DNA of 64,000 nucleotides from Bacteroidia bacterium (GCA_025455485.1 JALOMJ010000001.1:44746-108745), one strand, 5' to 3'. Numbered from the stretch's first letter, positions 49,539-58,450 are shown. Notes: a model not told the origin generated them from the letters alone. A program made the numbers and translations.

Positions 49539-51842
49539 ATGAATCACGAACTCTCTACAGCCGCCTATACCGCTGCCCGGTTTATTAACCAAACCAAAAG
49601 GCATGTGTTTTTAACAGGCAAGGCGGGCACCGGTAAAACCACGTTTTTAAAGTACATAGTAGAAAACACCCATAAAAAAACTGTGATTGTGGCCCCCACA
49701 GGAATTGCTGCCATTAATGCCGGGGGCTCTACCATTCATTCTACTTTTCAATTGCCTTTTGGGACATTTGTACCGGTAAATGTATACCATGCTAAAACTT
49801 CGGGTTTACAACTGAATGATAAAAATTCGCTTTTCCGGAACCACCGCTTAAGCTCAACAAAACGCGAATTGATTCGCGAAACTGAATTGCTCATCATTGA
49901 TGAAGTGAGTATGCTGAGGGCCGACTTGCTGGATGCCATTGATGCTGTGATGCGGCACGTGAGAGGAAAAAGCCATTTGAGTTTTGGAGGAGCGCAAGTT
50001 TTATTTATTGGCGATTTGTTTCAATTGCCACCGGTAGTAAAAGAAGAAGAAAAGCAGGTAATGTCGGAATTTTATAAAAGTCCCTACTTTTTTGATGCTC
50101 AGGTGTTGAAGAACGACCCTCCGGTATACATTGAACTCGATAAAATTTACCGACAAAACAATCCGCGGTTTATTGATTTGCTGAACAATTTAAGAAACAA
50201 TACACTGAATGAGGACGATGCCAATTTGTTGAACGATTATTATCAACCCGGCTTCAAACAAAATATTAACGACAATTACATTTACCTCACCACGCACAAT
50301 TACAAAGCCCAAACGATTAATAGCAATTTCCTTGGTCTTTTGAAAACCAAAAGTCACCGATACGAAGCCGAAATCAGCGGGGAATTTCCTGAGAATATGT
50401 ATCCGCTTGATAAAAGCCTGGAGTTAAAAGAAGGTGCACAGGTGATGTTTGTGAAAAACGACCTAAGTGGTAAACAAGCGTATTTCAATGGTAAGATTGC
50501 AAGAGTAAAATCGCTATCAGAACGGGCCATAACGGTTGAATTTGAAGATGGAAGAGAACAAAGTGTTGGAAAATACAACTGGGAAAACAAACGTTTTGTG
50601 GTAAATCCCCAAACCAATGAAATTGAAGAAGAGCTTTTAGGAGAGTTCAAACACTATCCGCTTAAACTGGCATGGGCCATTACGGTGCACAAAAGTCAGG
50701 GTTTAACATTTACAAAAGCCATTGTGGATGTGGCTGATGCTTTTGCGCCCGGACAGGTTTACGTGGCGCTTTCGCGTTTAAGAGATATGAACGGCTTGGT
50801 GTTGAGCTCACCGATTAATTTCAGAAGTTTAAGAGGAGACAGCAGTATTTCGGAATTTGCTCAAAGTTCAGAAAAACAAAGCGAACTCTCGGAACAACTC
50901 AATCAGGAAACCCTCAATTACCTTAGCTATTATCTGGGTTGGTGTTATGATTTCTCTTATCTCAAACAAGTACTTCACGAATTTTGCATAGAACTTCAGG
51001 ACCACAAATCAAAAGCCCTGAAATCCAAATTCAGGGAGTGGCTCAAGGCCAAAGACCAGAACATGGGTGAATTAGATGCGCTGTCGAAAAAGTTTGCCGC
51101 GCAGTTGAACAACATTCTAGCACAACAACAAAACAATTGGAAAGAACATCTGGATAAACGGGTAAATGACGCACAACACTATTTTAGCCCCATGTTAAAA
51201 GATTTGAGTTCAGGCTTGCTGGCCCAGATGGAAGGTTTAAAAGAAGAAAAAAGAAATAAAGTTTTAAGTGAAAAGTTTGCGAAGCTGGAAGTGCAGGTGT
51301 TTGAGCAGATAAAAAAAATACGCAAATCGGCAGCTTTGTCTCATTCTGTGTTGAGTGGTTCTAATTTTGGAAAAGCAGAGCAAACAAAATTGGTGAACTC
51401 TGAAGAAAGGCATAAGAATTCAGGGGAGTTAAAGGCTAAGATTGAAGGTGAGGTGAAGACTAAGATTGATGGTGAAGAGCTCAAAAGTTCAAGGGTTCAA
51501 GGGTTCAAGAGTTATAAGGAGGAGAAAAAGGAAAAAGGGAAGAAAAAAGTAAAGGGCGATTCTCAAAAATTCAGTTATGAATTATTTCGTCAGGGCATGG
51601 GCATTGAGGAAATTGCAAAAACCAGGAATTTGGTTGTTAGTACCGTGGAAAGTCATTTGGCGCGCCATGTTAGTTCAGGTGATTTAAAACTTGAGGAGTT
51701 GGTACCTGAAAATAAAATTCAAACCATACGGGATGTTATTGGGGAGCTAAATGGTTCATTGAAAGCCATAAAAGAAAAATTAGGAGAAGGGTATTCGTAC
51801 GGTGAAATTCGTCTGGTGCTGGCCACTAATTCGGCTAAATAA
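49539..51842 (+). CDS. Pif1/RecD-like SF1B helicase with C-terminal HTH (RecQ-type HTH_40)
   Basis: Motifs TGKAGTGKT, APTGIAA, IIDEVSM, GDLFQLPPV, AWAITVHKSQG, YVALSR; C-terminal SYELF..G..IEEIA..R.L..STVESHL. Confidence 0.92.
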   Translation: MNHELSTAAYTAARFINQTKRHVFLTGKAGTGKTTFLKYIVENTHKKTVIVAPTGIAAINAGGSTIHSTFQLPFGTFVPVNVYHAKTSGLQLNDKNSLFRNHRLSSTKRELIRETELLIIDEVSMLRADLLDAIDAVMRHVRGKSHLSFGGAQVLFIGDLFQLPPVVKEEEKQVMSEFYKSPYFFDAQVLKNDPPVYIELDKIYRQNNPRFIDLLNNLRNNTLNEDDANLLNDYYQPGFKQNINDNYIYLTTHNYKAQTINSNFLGLLKTKSHRYEAEISGEFPENMYPLDKSLELKEGAQVMFVKNDLSGKQAYFNGKIARVKSLSERAITVEFEDGREQSVGKYNWENKRFVVNPQTNEIEEELLGEFKHYPLKLAWAITVHKSQGLTFTKAIVDVADAFAPGQVYVALSRLRDMNGLVLSSPINFRSLRGDSSISEFAQSSEKQSELSEQLNQETLNYLSYYLGWCYDFSYLKQVLHEFCIELQDHKSKALKSKFREWLKAKDQNMGELDALSKKFAAQLNNILAQQQNNWKEHLDKRVNDAQHYFSPMLKDLSSGLLAQMEGLKEEKRNKVLSEKFAKLEVQVFEQIKKIRKSAALSHSVLSGSNFGKAEQTKLVNSEERHKNSGELKAKIEGEVKTKIDGEELKSSRVQGFKSYKEEKKEKGKKKVKGDSQKFSYELFRQGMGIEEIAKTRNLVVSTVESHLARHVSSGDLKLEELVPENKIQTIRDVIGELNGSLKAIKEKLGEGYSYGEIRLVLATNSAK
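51432..51512 (+). repeat. Tandem repeats inside the helicase linker (2 x 24 bp and 4 x 8 bp)
   Basis: AAGGCTAAGATTGAAGGTGAGGTG / AAGACTAAGATTGATGGTGAAGAG, then TCAAAAGT TCAAGGGT TCAAGGGT TCAAGAGT. Confidence 0.75.
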
Positions 51843-51906
51843 TTTCACAAAAGGATGAGACCCGGAACTATAAAAAACACGATTGAAAATTAGATTAAAG
51901 TAAGCG

Positions 51907-52529
51907 ATGATTGATAAGTTAGAAACATTGGTTCCTGAATCGACTTACCACATTTACAACCGGGCAAATGGCTTCGATAAGCTTTTTCTCACTGATAGAA
52001 ATTACATGTATTTTCTCGAAAAATACCAACAGTTCATTTCTCCAATGGTAGATACTTTTTGCTATTGCCTAATGCCAAACCATTTTCACCTTTTATTAAG
52101 AATTAAACCTGAAAAAGAGCTCAGGAACTTTTTTGATACTAAGGAAACCCTTAGCGCAACCCTTCGAGGGTACAGAACCTTCGAAGGGTCTGCGCAACAG
52201 AAAGCTCTTAGTTTATTGATTAGCCAGCAGTTTTCTCACTTAATGAATGGCTATACCCAGGGCCTAAACAAAATACTTAACCGAAAGGGTAGTTTATTTA
52301 TGCATCCCTAAAAAGAAAAAAGGTGAGTGACACTTCTTATTTGACAAATTTAGTGAAGTACATTCATCTTAACCCGGTAGAAGTTGGAATGGTTCTAAAT
52401 CCTGAAGATTGGGCACACTCCTCCTACTCAGCATTAATCAAACAAGAAAATAATCTTATCAATGTCAATGAGGTAATTTCGTGGTTTGACAGCCTTGAAA
52501 ACTTTAAATCTTTTCATGCCATACCATAA
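51907..52529 (+). pseudogene. REP-associated tyrosine transposase (RAYT, IS200/Y1 family), frameshifted
   Basis: ORF1 has YHIYNRANG, YCLMPNHFHLL (HUH) and GSLF. Catalytic YIHLNP and WAHSSY are in the -1 frame. The break is at CCC TA AAA AGA AAA AAG GTG (52306-52325). Confidence 0.88.
52154..52195. repeat. REP-like imperfect palindrome inside the RAYT CDS
   Basis: GCGCA-ACCCTTCGAGGGT-ACAGA-ACCTTCGAAGGGT-CTGCGC; each arm is itself near-palindromic. Confidence 0.72.
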
Positions 52530-52558
52530 AAAATATAGTTTAGGACTTGGATCGAACT

Positions 52559-52770
52559 TCACGAACCCTCCACCAAATTTTTGATGGCTTCCAGTATTTG
52601 TTGCCAGGCCAAGGTAGAATGCCCGGCTGCCTGCTCGTTTGGGAAACCCTCCTGAGTTAAGAGCAAGAGTGTACCTTACCCCATTCTTTTGCAATACAAA
52701 CCTTAGCGAAGACTACTTTTATTCCTTGTCCTCAAGACCTGAAAAACCGGTCCAGTAGGTGAATTGTAAA
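52559..52770 (-). pseudogene. Degenerate 3' remnant of an SRPBCC/AHSA1 (START-like) gene
   Basis: Minus-strand frames read LQFTYWTGFSGLEDKE*K*SSLRFVLQKNG, then after a frameshift GTLLLLTQEGFPNEQAAGHSTLAWQQILEAIKNLVEGS*. Confidence 0.68.
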
Positions 52771-52775
52771 TTCTA

Positions 52776-53855
52776 TTAAAACAAGGCCAGTTGGGCCTCG
52801 GAGGCATGGGGGTTAAAATCGCTGCAGTTAAATTCAAACGCTTTTTCCTTGATATAGGTTTTCCTGGAAAGTTTGAATAATTGAGAAATGGATTCTGCTA
52901 TCCTGCCCTCCCCGCGCATTCTCACGCCGCTGCGGTGGTCGCTTACCTTGCCGCCGTGGCATTCAATGATCTGGCTCCACACTTTATCGGCCTTATCCGG
53001 AAAATGGGTGGTGAGCCATTGCCTGAACAGCACTTCTACTTTGCCGTTTAAACGTACGATGGTCATGCCTGCTCTGCCCGCCCCGGCGTTTCCGGCGGCT
53101 TTCAATACATTGGGAATTTCGTGGTTATTTAATCCCGGAATAATGGGCGCCATCATCACACCGCAGGGAATGTTGTTTTTGTTCAGGAGTTCCATGACTT
53201 CTAAACGGGATTTATACGAGGCGGTGCGGGGCTCGAGCAATTGCCTGAGTTTTTCGTCGGTACCGGTAATGGACATCATGACGTGCACCAGATTGTGCGC
53301 CGCCAATTCTTTCAATATATCAAGGTCTCTTTTAATCAACGTGTTTTTGGTGATGATGGCCACCGGGTGTTTGTATTTTAAAAGGGTTTGAAGGATGCGG
53401 CGGGTGATGCCCATTTCGCGTTCAATGGGTTGGTAACAATCGGTATTGCCGGAAAGCATGATGGGTTTTGCCTCCCATTTTTTATTGGACAATTGTTTTT
53501 CGAGCAATTCAATCACGTTTTTTTTCACCACAATCTTGCGTTCAAAATCCAAACCGGCGCTGTAGCCCCAGTATTCGTGAGTGTTTCGCGCGTAACAATA
53601 GGTACAACCGTGTTCACAACCCTGGTAAGGATTGAGGGAATATTCCAAACCAATGTCGGAACTCTCCACCTTGTTGATGATACTTTTGGGGAAGGTGTAG
53701 ATGATTTCGGTTTGTGGATTGGCCACCTGGGTTTCATCCACACTTTCCGAAATTTCGGAAACGTAGCTGTGTTTCAAAAAGCGATTGGATGGGTTAAAGC
53801 CTGTGCCCCGGCCTTTAAAAAATGGATTTGGAGCAGATGTTACAGATGTTTGCAT
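52776..53855 (-). CDS. PA0069/Rv2578c-family radical SAM protein (SplB-like, DNA-repair associated)
   Basis: Motifs KGRG...NP.NRF, SLNPYQGCEHGCTYCYAR (CxxxCxxC), SGNTDCYQP, APIIPGLN; C-terminal QLALF (beta-clamp-binding-like). Start set at ATG 53855. Confidence 0.92.
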   Translation of the reverse strand: MQTSVTSAPNPFFKGRGTGFNPSNRFLKHSYVSEISESVDETQVANPQTEIIYTFPKSIINKVESSDIGLEYSLNPYQGCEHGCTYCYARNTHEYWGYSAGLDFERKIVVKKNVIELLEKQLSNKKWEAKPIMLSGNTDCYQPIEREMGITRRILQTLLKYKHPVAIITKNTLIKRDLDILKELAAHNLVHVMMSITGTDEKLRQLLEPRTASYKSRLEVMELLNKNNIPCGVMMAPIIPGLNNHEIPNVLKAAGNAGAGRAGMTIVRLNGKVEVLFRQWLTTHFPDKADKVWSQIIECHGGKVSDHRSGVRMRGEGRIAESISQLFKLSRKTYIKEKAFEFNCSDFNPHASEAQLALF

Positions 53856-53889
53856 ACACGAATTTACAGCGCTGAATAGCATTGTATTG

Positions 53890-53902
53890 CTACAATTTGT
53901 AG
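53890..53902. promoter_or_regulatory. CTACA-N3-TGTAG palindrome (candidate repressor operator)
   Basis: CTACAATTTGTAG lies 35-47 nt upstream of the radical SAM start, between two divergent DNA-repair genes. Confidence 0.42.
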
Positions 53903-53990
53903 TATTATGGTAATTCATTTCTTATTAAACTTGTGTAATCTTATAAAGGTTGAGAATTGTTTAAAATTTGAATTGATTAAACCATGCTGC

Positions 53991-54138
53991 GCGTGAGGGA
54001 TGTGTATGGTTTAGCTCTTTTTTGATGAGGGCTTTGGCCCGAAATCAAAAAAAGCCGAAGCGAAGCCTGAAGCAGCCCGACCCCCAAAGCGAGGCACCGG
54101 AGTTTTTGGTACGTGACTCTGCTTTGGGGGGCACGCCC
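53991..54138 (-). ncRNA. Structured RNA or repeat resembling the Flavo-1 motif
   Basis: Minus strand reads GGGCGTG-CCCCCCAAAGC...GCTTTGGGGG-TCGGGCT...GCTTTTTTTGAT..GGGC CAAA GCCC..ATCAAAAAAGAGC...ATCCCTCACGC, with nested stems. The termini match my recollection of Flavo-1. Confidence 0.6.
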
Positions 54139-54156
54139 AAAAAAGTAAAGAAAAAA

Positions 54157-55536
54157 ATGTTCGCCATTATTGACATAGAAACCTGCGGAACGAACTTTGA
54201 ATTCAGAAAAGGGCGCATTACTGAAATCTGCATTTTGAAACACGATGGACTGAGTGTGATTGATCGATTCACTACCCTGATTAACCCTGAGTGTTACATT
54301 TCGCCTTACTTTACTAAACTCACCAACATTACCAACGAAATGGTGGCCGATGCCCCACGCTTTCATGAAGTGGCCGAAAAAATACTTGAGATGACAGAAG
54401 GCTGTGTTTTTGTAGCACACAATGTGGGCTTTGATTATGGTTTTATTAAAGAAGAATTTAAGTCGCTTGGTTATACATATAAACGGGATACACTTTGCAC
54501 TGTTCGCCTAAGCCGCAAATTAATGCCGGGTCGCATTTCATACAGTCTTGGTCACTTGTGCGCTTCTTTGGGCATTGAAATTTTTGGAAGACACCGGGCA
54601 GAGGGCGACGCGGTGGCAACGGCGCAATTGTTTGATCTGCTGATACAACTGAAAACCCAGCACCCTCAATATAAAAATATGGGGGTTACTGAAATTATGA
54701 CCCGCAAGGTGGACAAGATTAAACAGTACGTGCTGAATAAACTGCCCGAAGAATGCGGGGTGTATTATTTCAGAAACAAAGAAGGGGAAGTGATTTACAT
54801 AGGCAAAAGCAACAACATGTACCAAAGGGCACAGGCCCATTTTAATAACGATGCCAAGAAGAGCAAAAAAATGCTGAACGACTTGCACAGCGTAGATTTT
54901 GAATTAACCGGCAGTGAACTGATTGCGTTATTGTACGAATCGGAAGAAATAAAGAAACACAAACCTAAGTACAATCGCATGCGTAAGGCGGAGGAGTTTA
55001 CGCACAGCTTGGGCTATTTTAAAGACGATAAGGGTATTTTAAATTTACGGATAAGCGAAAGTGATATGGTTGAAGAGCCTCTGGTGTCTTACGCCTCCTA
55101 TAGTTCTGCCCGCAGTCGCCTCGAAGCCTGGCTGGAAGAAAAAGAGTTGTGCCTGCGGTTTTGCGGTTTGACGGGAGAGAAGGCGGTGTGTTTTAACCAC
55201 CAGATTAAAAAATGCAGGGGCATTTGCGCCGATGAAGAGGTTGTAGAAGAGTACAACAAACGCGTGGAGACAATAATTAAGGAATTTGAATTCCCCTACC
55301 CTGATTTTGTGGTGTTGGACAAGGGCCGTAAAACGGGTGAATACAGCGTGGTGCTGGTAGAAAAAAACCGTTACAAAGGGTTTGGTTATTTTGATGAAAG
55401 TGCAGGATTTCAATCGCCTGAAGAATTGAGGGGACAGGTGGGTTTCCGACCTTATTACCCTGATACAGGAGAGCTGTTAAGGCATTTTGTAAAAAAAGGA
55501 AAGGGGAAGTTGATTAAACTTGCGGCGGAAGTGTGA
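54157..55536 (+). CDS. DEDDh 3'-5' exonuclease (DnaQ/Pol III epsilon-like) fused to a GIY-YIG (UvrC/Cho-like) nuclease
   Basis: Exonuclease motifs AIIDIETCG, VAHNVGFD, HRAEGDA; GIY-YIG motifs GVYYF...IYIGKS, E...IK..KPKYN; Cys cluster. Start set at ATG 54157. Confidence 0.92.
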   Translation: MFAIIDIETCGTNFEFRKGRITEICILKHDGLSVIDRFTTLINPECYISPYFTKLTNITNEMVADAPRFHEVAEKILEMTEGCVFVAHNVGFDYGFIKEEFKSLGYTYKRDTLCTVRLSRKLMPGRISYSLGHLCASLGIEIFGRHRAEGDAVATAQLFDLLIQLKTQHPQYKNMGVTEIMTRKVDKIKQYVLNKLPEECGVYYFRNKEGEVIYIGKSNNMYQRAQAHFNNDAKKSKKMLNDLHSVDFELTGSELIALLYESEEIKKHKPKYNRMRKAEEFTHSLGYFKDDKGILNLRISESDMVEEPLVSYASYSSARSRLEAWLEEKELCLRFCGLTGEKAVCFNHQIKKCRGICADEEVVEEYNKRVETIIKEFEFPYPDFVVLDKGRKTGEYSVVLVEKNRYKGFGYFDESAGFQSPEELRGQVGFRPYYPDTGELLRHFVKKGKGKLIKLAAEV

Positions 55537-55614
55537 TGACAAACTTCTCCTAACTGAGTTACCAGTAAATTACCTGTCGGAGGATGAAATACACATTCTT
55601 TGTACATTTGTTAC

Positions 55615-56430
55615 ATGAACAAAGATCTCAATTACCTCTCCATCAACCGCGAATCATGGAACCGCCGAACACCGGTGCATGTGGCCTCTGAGTTTTATGG
55701 TGTGGAGGAATTTATAAAAGGAAAATCCTCATTAAAACACATTGAACTGAACCTGCTGGGAGATGTAAAAGACAAACGTATTTTGCACCTGCAGTGCCAT
55801 TTCGGTCAGGATACTTTATCACTGGCAAGAATGGGGGCTAAGGTCACCGGGGTCGATTTCTCCGACAAGTCTATAGAAGAGGCCAACACTCTGTCCAAAA
55901 AATTCACTGCCGAAGCCCGCTTTATTTGTTGCGATATTTACTCCCTGCCTGAACAGTTAAATGAAGAATTTGATATAGTGTTCACTTCATACGGTACTAT
56001 TGGCTGGCTACCGGATTTAAACAAGTGGGCCGGAATTATTCATCGTTTTCTGAAGCCCGGTGGTAGATTTGTGTTTGTGGAATTTCATCCTGTGGTATGG
56101 ATGTTCGACGATGCGTTTAAGGAGATTAAGTACAATTATTTTAACACCGGCCCCATTTACGAAACCGAAAGCGGTGCCTACGCTCAGCAGGACTCAGAAA
56201 TCAAAAGTGACTGCGTTGGCTGGAACCATTCTACGGGAGAAGTATTGAGCAGTTTACTGAACAATGGCATTCAACTGATTTCTTTCGAGGAATACAATTA
56301 TTCCCCCTACGCTTGTTTTCAAAACACGGTAAAAATAGATGAGGATAAATTTCAAATCCCGCATTTGGGGGGTAAAATTCCTATGGTGTTTTCTGTTGTT
56401 GGACAAAAAATTAAGCTCCATACCATGTGA
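55615..56430 (+). CDS. Class I SAM-dependent methyltransferase
   Basis: Motifs LHLQCHFGQDTLS, GVDFS, FDIVFTSYG..WLPDL, EFHP. ATG lies 4 nt after TACATTTG (55603-55610). Confidence 0.9.
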   Translation: MNKDLNYLSINRESWNRRTPVHVASEFYGVEEFIKGKSSLKHIELNLLGDVKDKRILHLQCHFGQDTLSLARMGAKVTGVDFSDKSIEEANTLSKKFTAEARFICCDIYSLPEQLNEEFDIVFTSYGTIGWLPDLNKWAGIIHRFLKPGGRFVFVEFHPVVWMFDDAFKEIKYNYFNTGPIYETESGAYAQQDSEIKSDCVGWNHSTGEVLSSLLNNGIQLISFEEYNYSPYACFQNTVKIDEDKFQIPHLGGKIPMVFSVVGQKIKLHTM

Positions 56431-56464
56431 CCAAAAAACTATCGGGTTAACCTTGTTACTTATT

Positions 56465-58291
56465 TTATCTACAGAACTTATTGTAGGCTTGTACTGCCGG
56501 TTCAATATTGTTGCGTGCGGCAATTCGAAGGTCGGTGCAAGGGTTCTGCTTCAAATTCACTTTGGCAACTCCTCTCCAGTAAAAAGCTTCAAAATTCAAT
56601 GGGTTCAATACTATGCTTTGATTCAGATCTTCCAAACACCTTACAAAATCTTGTTTTTTACCATAAGCAATGGCTCTTCTAAAATAAAAGTCGCCATCAT
56701 CGGTGCTGATAGCAATGCATTTATGATAAAAGGAGATGGCAGTATCCAATTGATTTAAACTGTTGTAACAATTGCCTAAAACGAAAAGAGCTTTGGCATG
56801 GTTTGGTTCATTTTTCAAAACATAATTGGCATCCTCCATGGCCTTTGGAATATCCTTAAGCATAAAATAAGCGGAAGCCCTGCCAATGTATGCCTTATGA
56901 TAATCAAACAAAGTAATGGCTTTATTAAAACTTTTAATGGCCTCTTTTGGTTTGTTGGTTTTTAACAAAAGTAAGCCCTTGTTATAATGACCCTTGTAGT
57001 TCTCCGGGGACACTTTAACCGACTTTTCCAGATAGGCCAGGGCTTTTTTATCCTCATTCTGCATCATCAGTTCAGAACCTAAACTATTCAATGCAACAAA
57101 AGAATCCGGTGTTTTTTTCAGAATATCGGTATAAAGTATAACACTGCTTTTCCAAACTTCCAATCTGAGAAAGGTAACTACGGCCAGAGCGCCAATAATA
57201 ATGTAACTCAGATACTTTATTTTAGCAACAGGTTCACGACAAACAAATAATATAAGCATTGAAAAATACACCAAAGGCACGTACATGTACCGATCGGCAA
57301 ATAACACTTCTCCGAAGGGCACAAATTGCAACACCAAAATTAATCCTGAGACACACAAAAAAAACAAAGCCGGTATTGCGTACTTTCTCTTTTTAAGGTT
57401 GTAAAATGTAATGAAAGAAAGGATGGCTAAAAATACAAAACCTAACACCAGGGCAAATGCCTTGTTGGAAGGATATGGATATAACACACTCAGGTTTGCG
57501 GGAAAAACAAACAAAATCAGGTATTTTATAAGTGCATACCCTGCATACCCAAGTCTTTCATGGTAGGGAAAGGCATGGGAATAATTTATAAACTGATCGG
57601 CCATTTGCGTTTTGATGTTGATGATACCAAAAACAAGGGATACCAGCAGAAAAGGGATTTTATTGAAAAGGTAGCTGAACCTAAAATTTTGCTTCAGCAA
57701 AACATCTATGCCCATTAAACTGAGCGGTAAAATAACCACGGATGATTTGCTTAAACACCCTGCAAGAAACCAAACAAAAGCCAACAGATACAGTTTGATT
57801 TTGGCATTTTCCAGATACAAAAGATAATACCGAATAGAAGCAAAATAAAAAAAAGCCGACAAAACATTTTTTAACTCGCTGATCCAGGCTACAGATTCTA
57901 TCTGCAATGGGTGAAGTAAAAACACCACAGCAGTTAAATCCGAGAGGGCTTTGTTTTTAAATAAGTGGTTTGTTATTTGAAAAACCAATATGCCATTCAG
58001 CAAATGCAACAAAAGATTAATTACATGATGGCCTCCATTATAATTTCCAAAAATCCACCAGGCTTTAGCATGCAGAAGCATGGTAAAGGGCAAATAATTA
58101 CCTACAAAACTCTGGCTGAAAAAGGCTACTACATTGAATTCTTTTACAGCTTTGTTCTTAAAAACCATTTCAGGATCGTCCCAGCTGATGTGACCGTAAA
58201 AAAGCAGCTTTGAATAAATCAGAAAGGTGAGGCCCAGGGCAAACACCAGAACTAAGTGCTCTTGTACTACTTTTTTTAGAATGGAAAACAC
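56465..58291 (-). CDS. TMTC-like GT-C membrane glycosyltransferase with C-terminal TPR repeats
   Basis: Motifs WDD, HVINLLLHLLN, HPLQIESVAWISE.K, LSKSS, ADRYMYVP, followed by multiple TPRs. Probable GTG start at 58291. Confidence 0.83.
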   Translation of the reverse strand: MFSILKKVVQEHLVLVFALGLTFLIYSKLLFYGHISWDDPEMVFKNKAVKEFNVVAFFSQSFVGNYLPFTMLLHAKAWWIFGNYNGGHHVINLLLHLLNGILVFQITNHLFKNKALSDLTAVVFLLHPLQIESVAWISELKNVLSAFFYFASIRYYLLYLENAKIKLYLLAFVWFLAGCLSKSSVVILPLSLMGIDVLLKQNFRFSYLFNKIPFLLVSLVFGIINIKTQMADQFINYSHAFPYHERLGYAGYALIKYLILFVFPANLSVLYPYPSNKAFALVLGFVFLAILSFITFYNLKKRKYAIPALFFLCVSGLILVLQFVPFGEVLFADRYMYVPLVYFSMLILFVCREPVAKIKYLSYIIIGALAVVTFLRLEVWKSSVILYTDILKKTPDSFVALNSLGSELMMQNEDKKALAYLEKSVKVSPENYKGHYNKGLLLLKTNKPKEAIKSFNKAITLFDYHKAYIGRASAYFMLKDIPKAMEDANYVLKNEPNHAKALFVLGNCYNSLNQLDTAISFYHKCIAISTDDGDFYFRRAIAYGKKQDFVRCLEDLNQSIVLNPLNFEAFYWRGVAKVNLKQNPCTDLRIAARNNIEPAVQAYNKFCR

Positions 58292-58450
58292 ATTACAATG
58301 ATAAGAATTAATGGCTGAATTTCGGCGAGAAGAACCCTCTTGAAAACTGAATCCATCTTGTTTTGGCTTCCCAATTGCCTTACCCTTACACTGAATCAAT
58401 CGAAGACGTAGCACTAAAAACAGTACCTCATCAAAATAAATAACGTTTTA

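Noticed and set aside
52306-52311. CCC-TAA programmed +1 frameshift in the RAYT
   Set aside because: The downstream half is in the -1 frame, and there is no canonical X XXY YYZ slippery site before the stop.
52434-52694. 86-aa minus-strand ORF from the track
   Set aside because: It is mostly an off-frame reading of the SRPBCC remnant and overlaps the RAYT 3' end.
52888-53879. Long antisense ORFs (167 and 163 aa), and similar shadow ORFs across the window
   Set aside because: They lie opposite well-supported genes and have no recognisable motifs.
53977-54420. 147-aa antisense ORF and the 45-aa N-terminal extension of the exonuclease
   Set aside because: Both run through the structured repeat. 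The exonuclease domain starts at MFAIIDIET (54157).
58292-58450. Possible riboswitch or small ORF upstream of the TMTC-like gene
   Set aside because: I could find no convincing aptamer consensus, strong stem or credible separate ORF.
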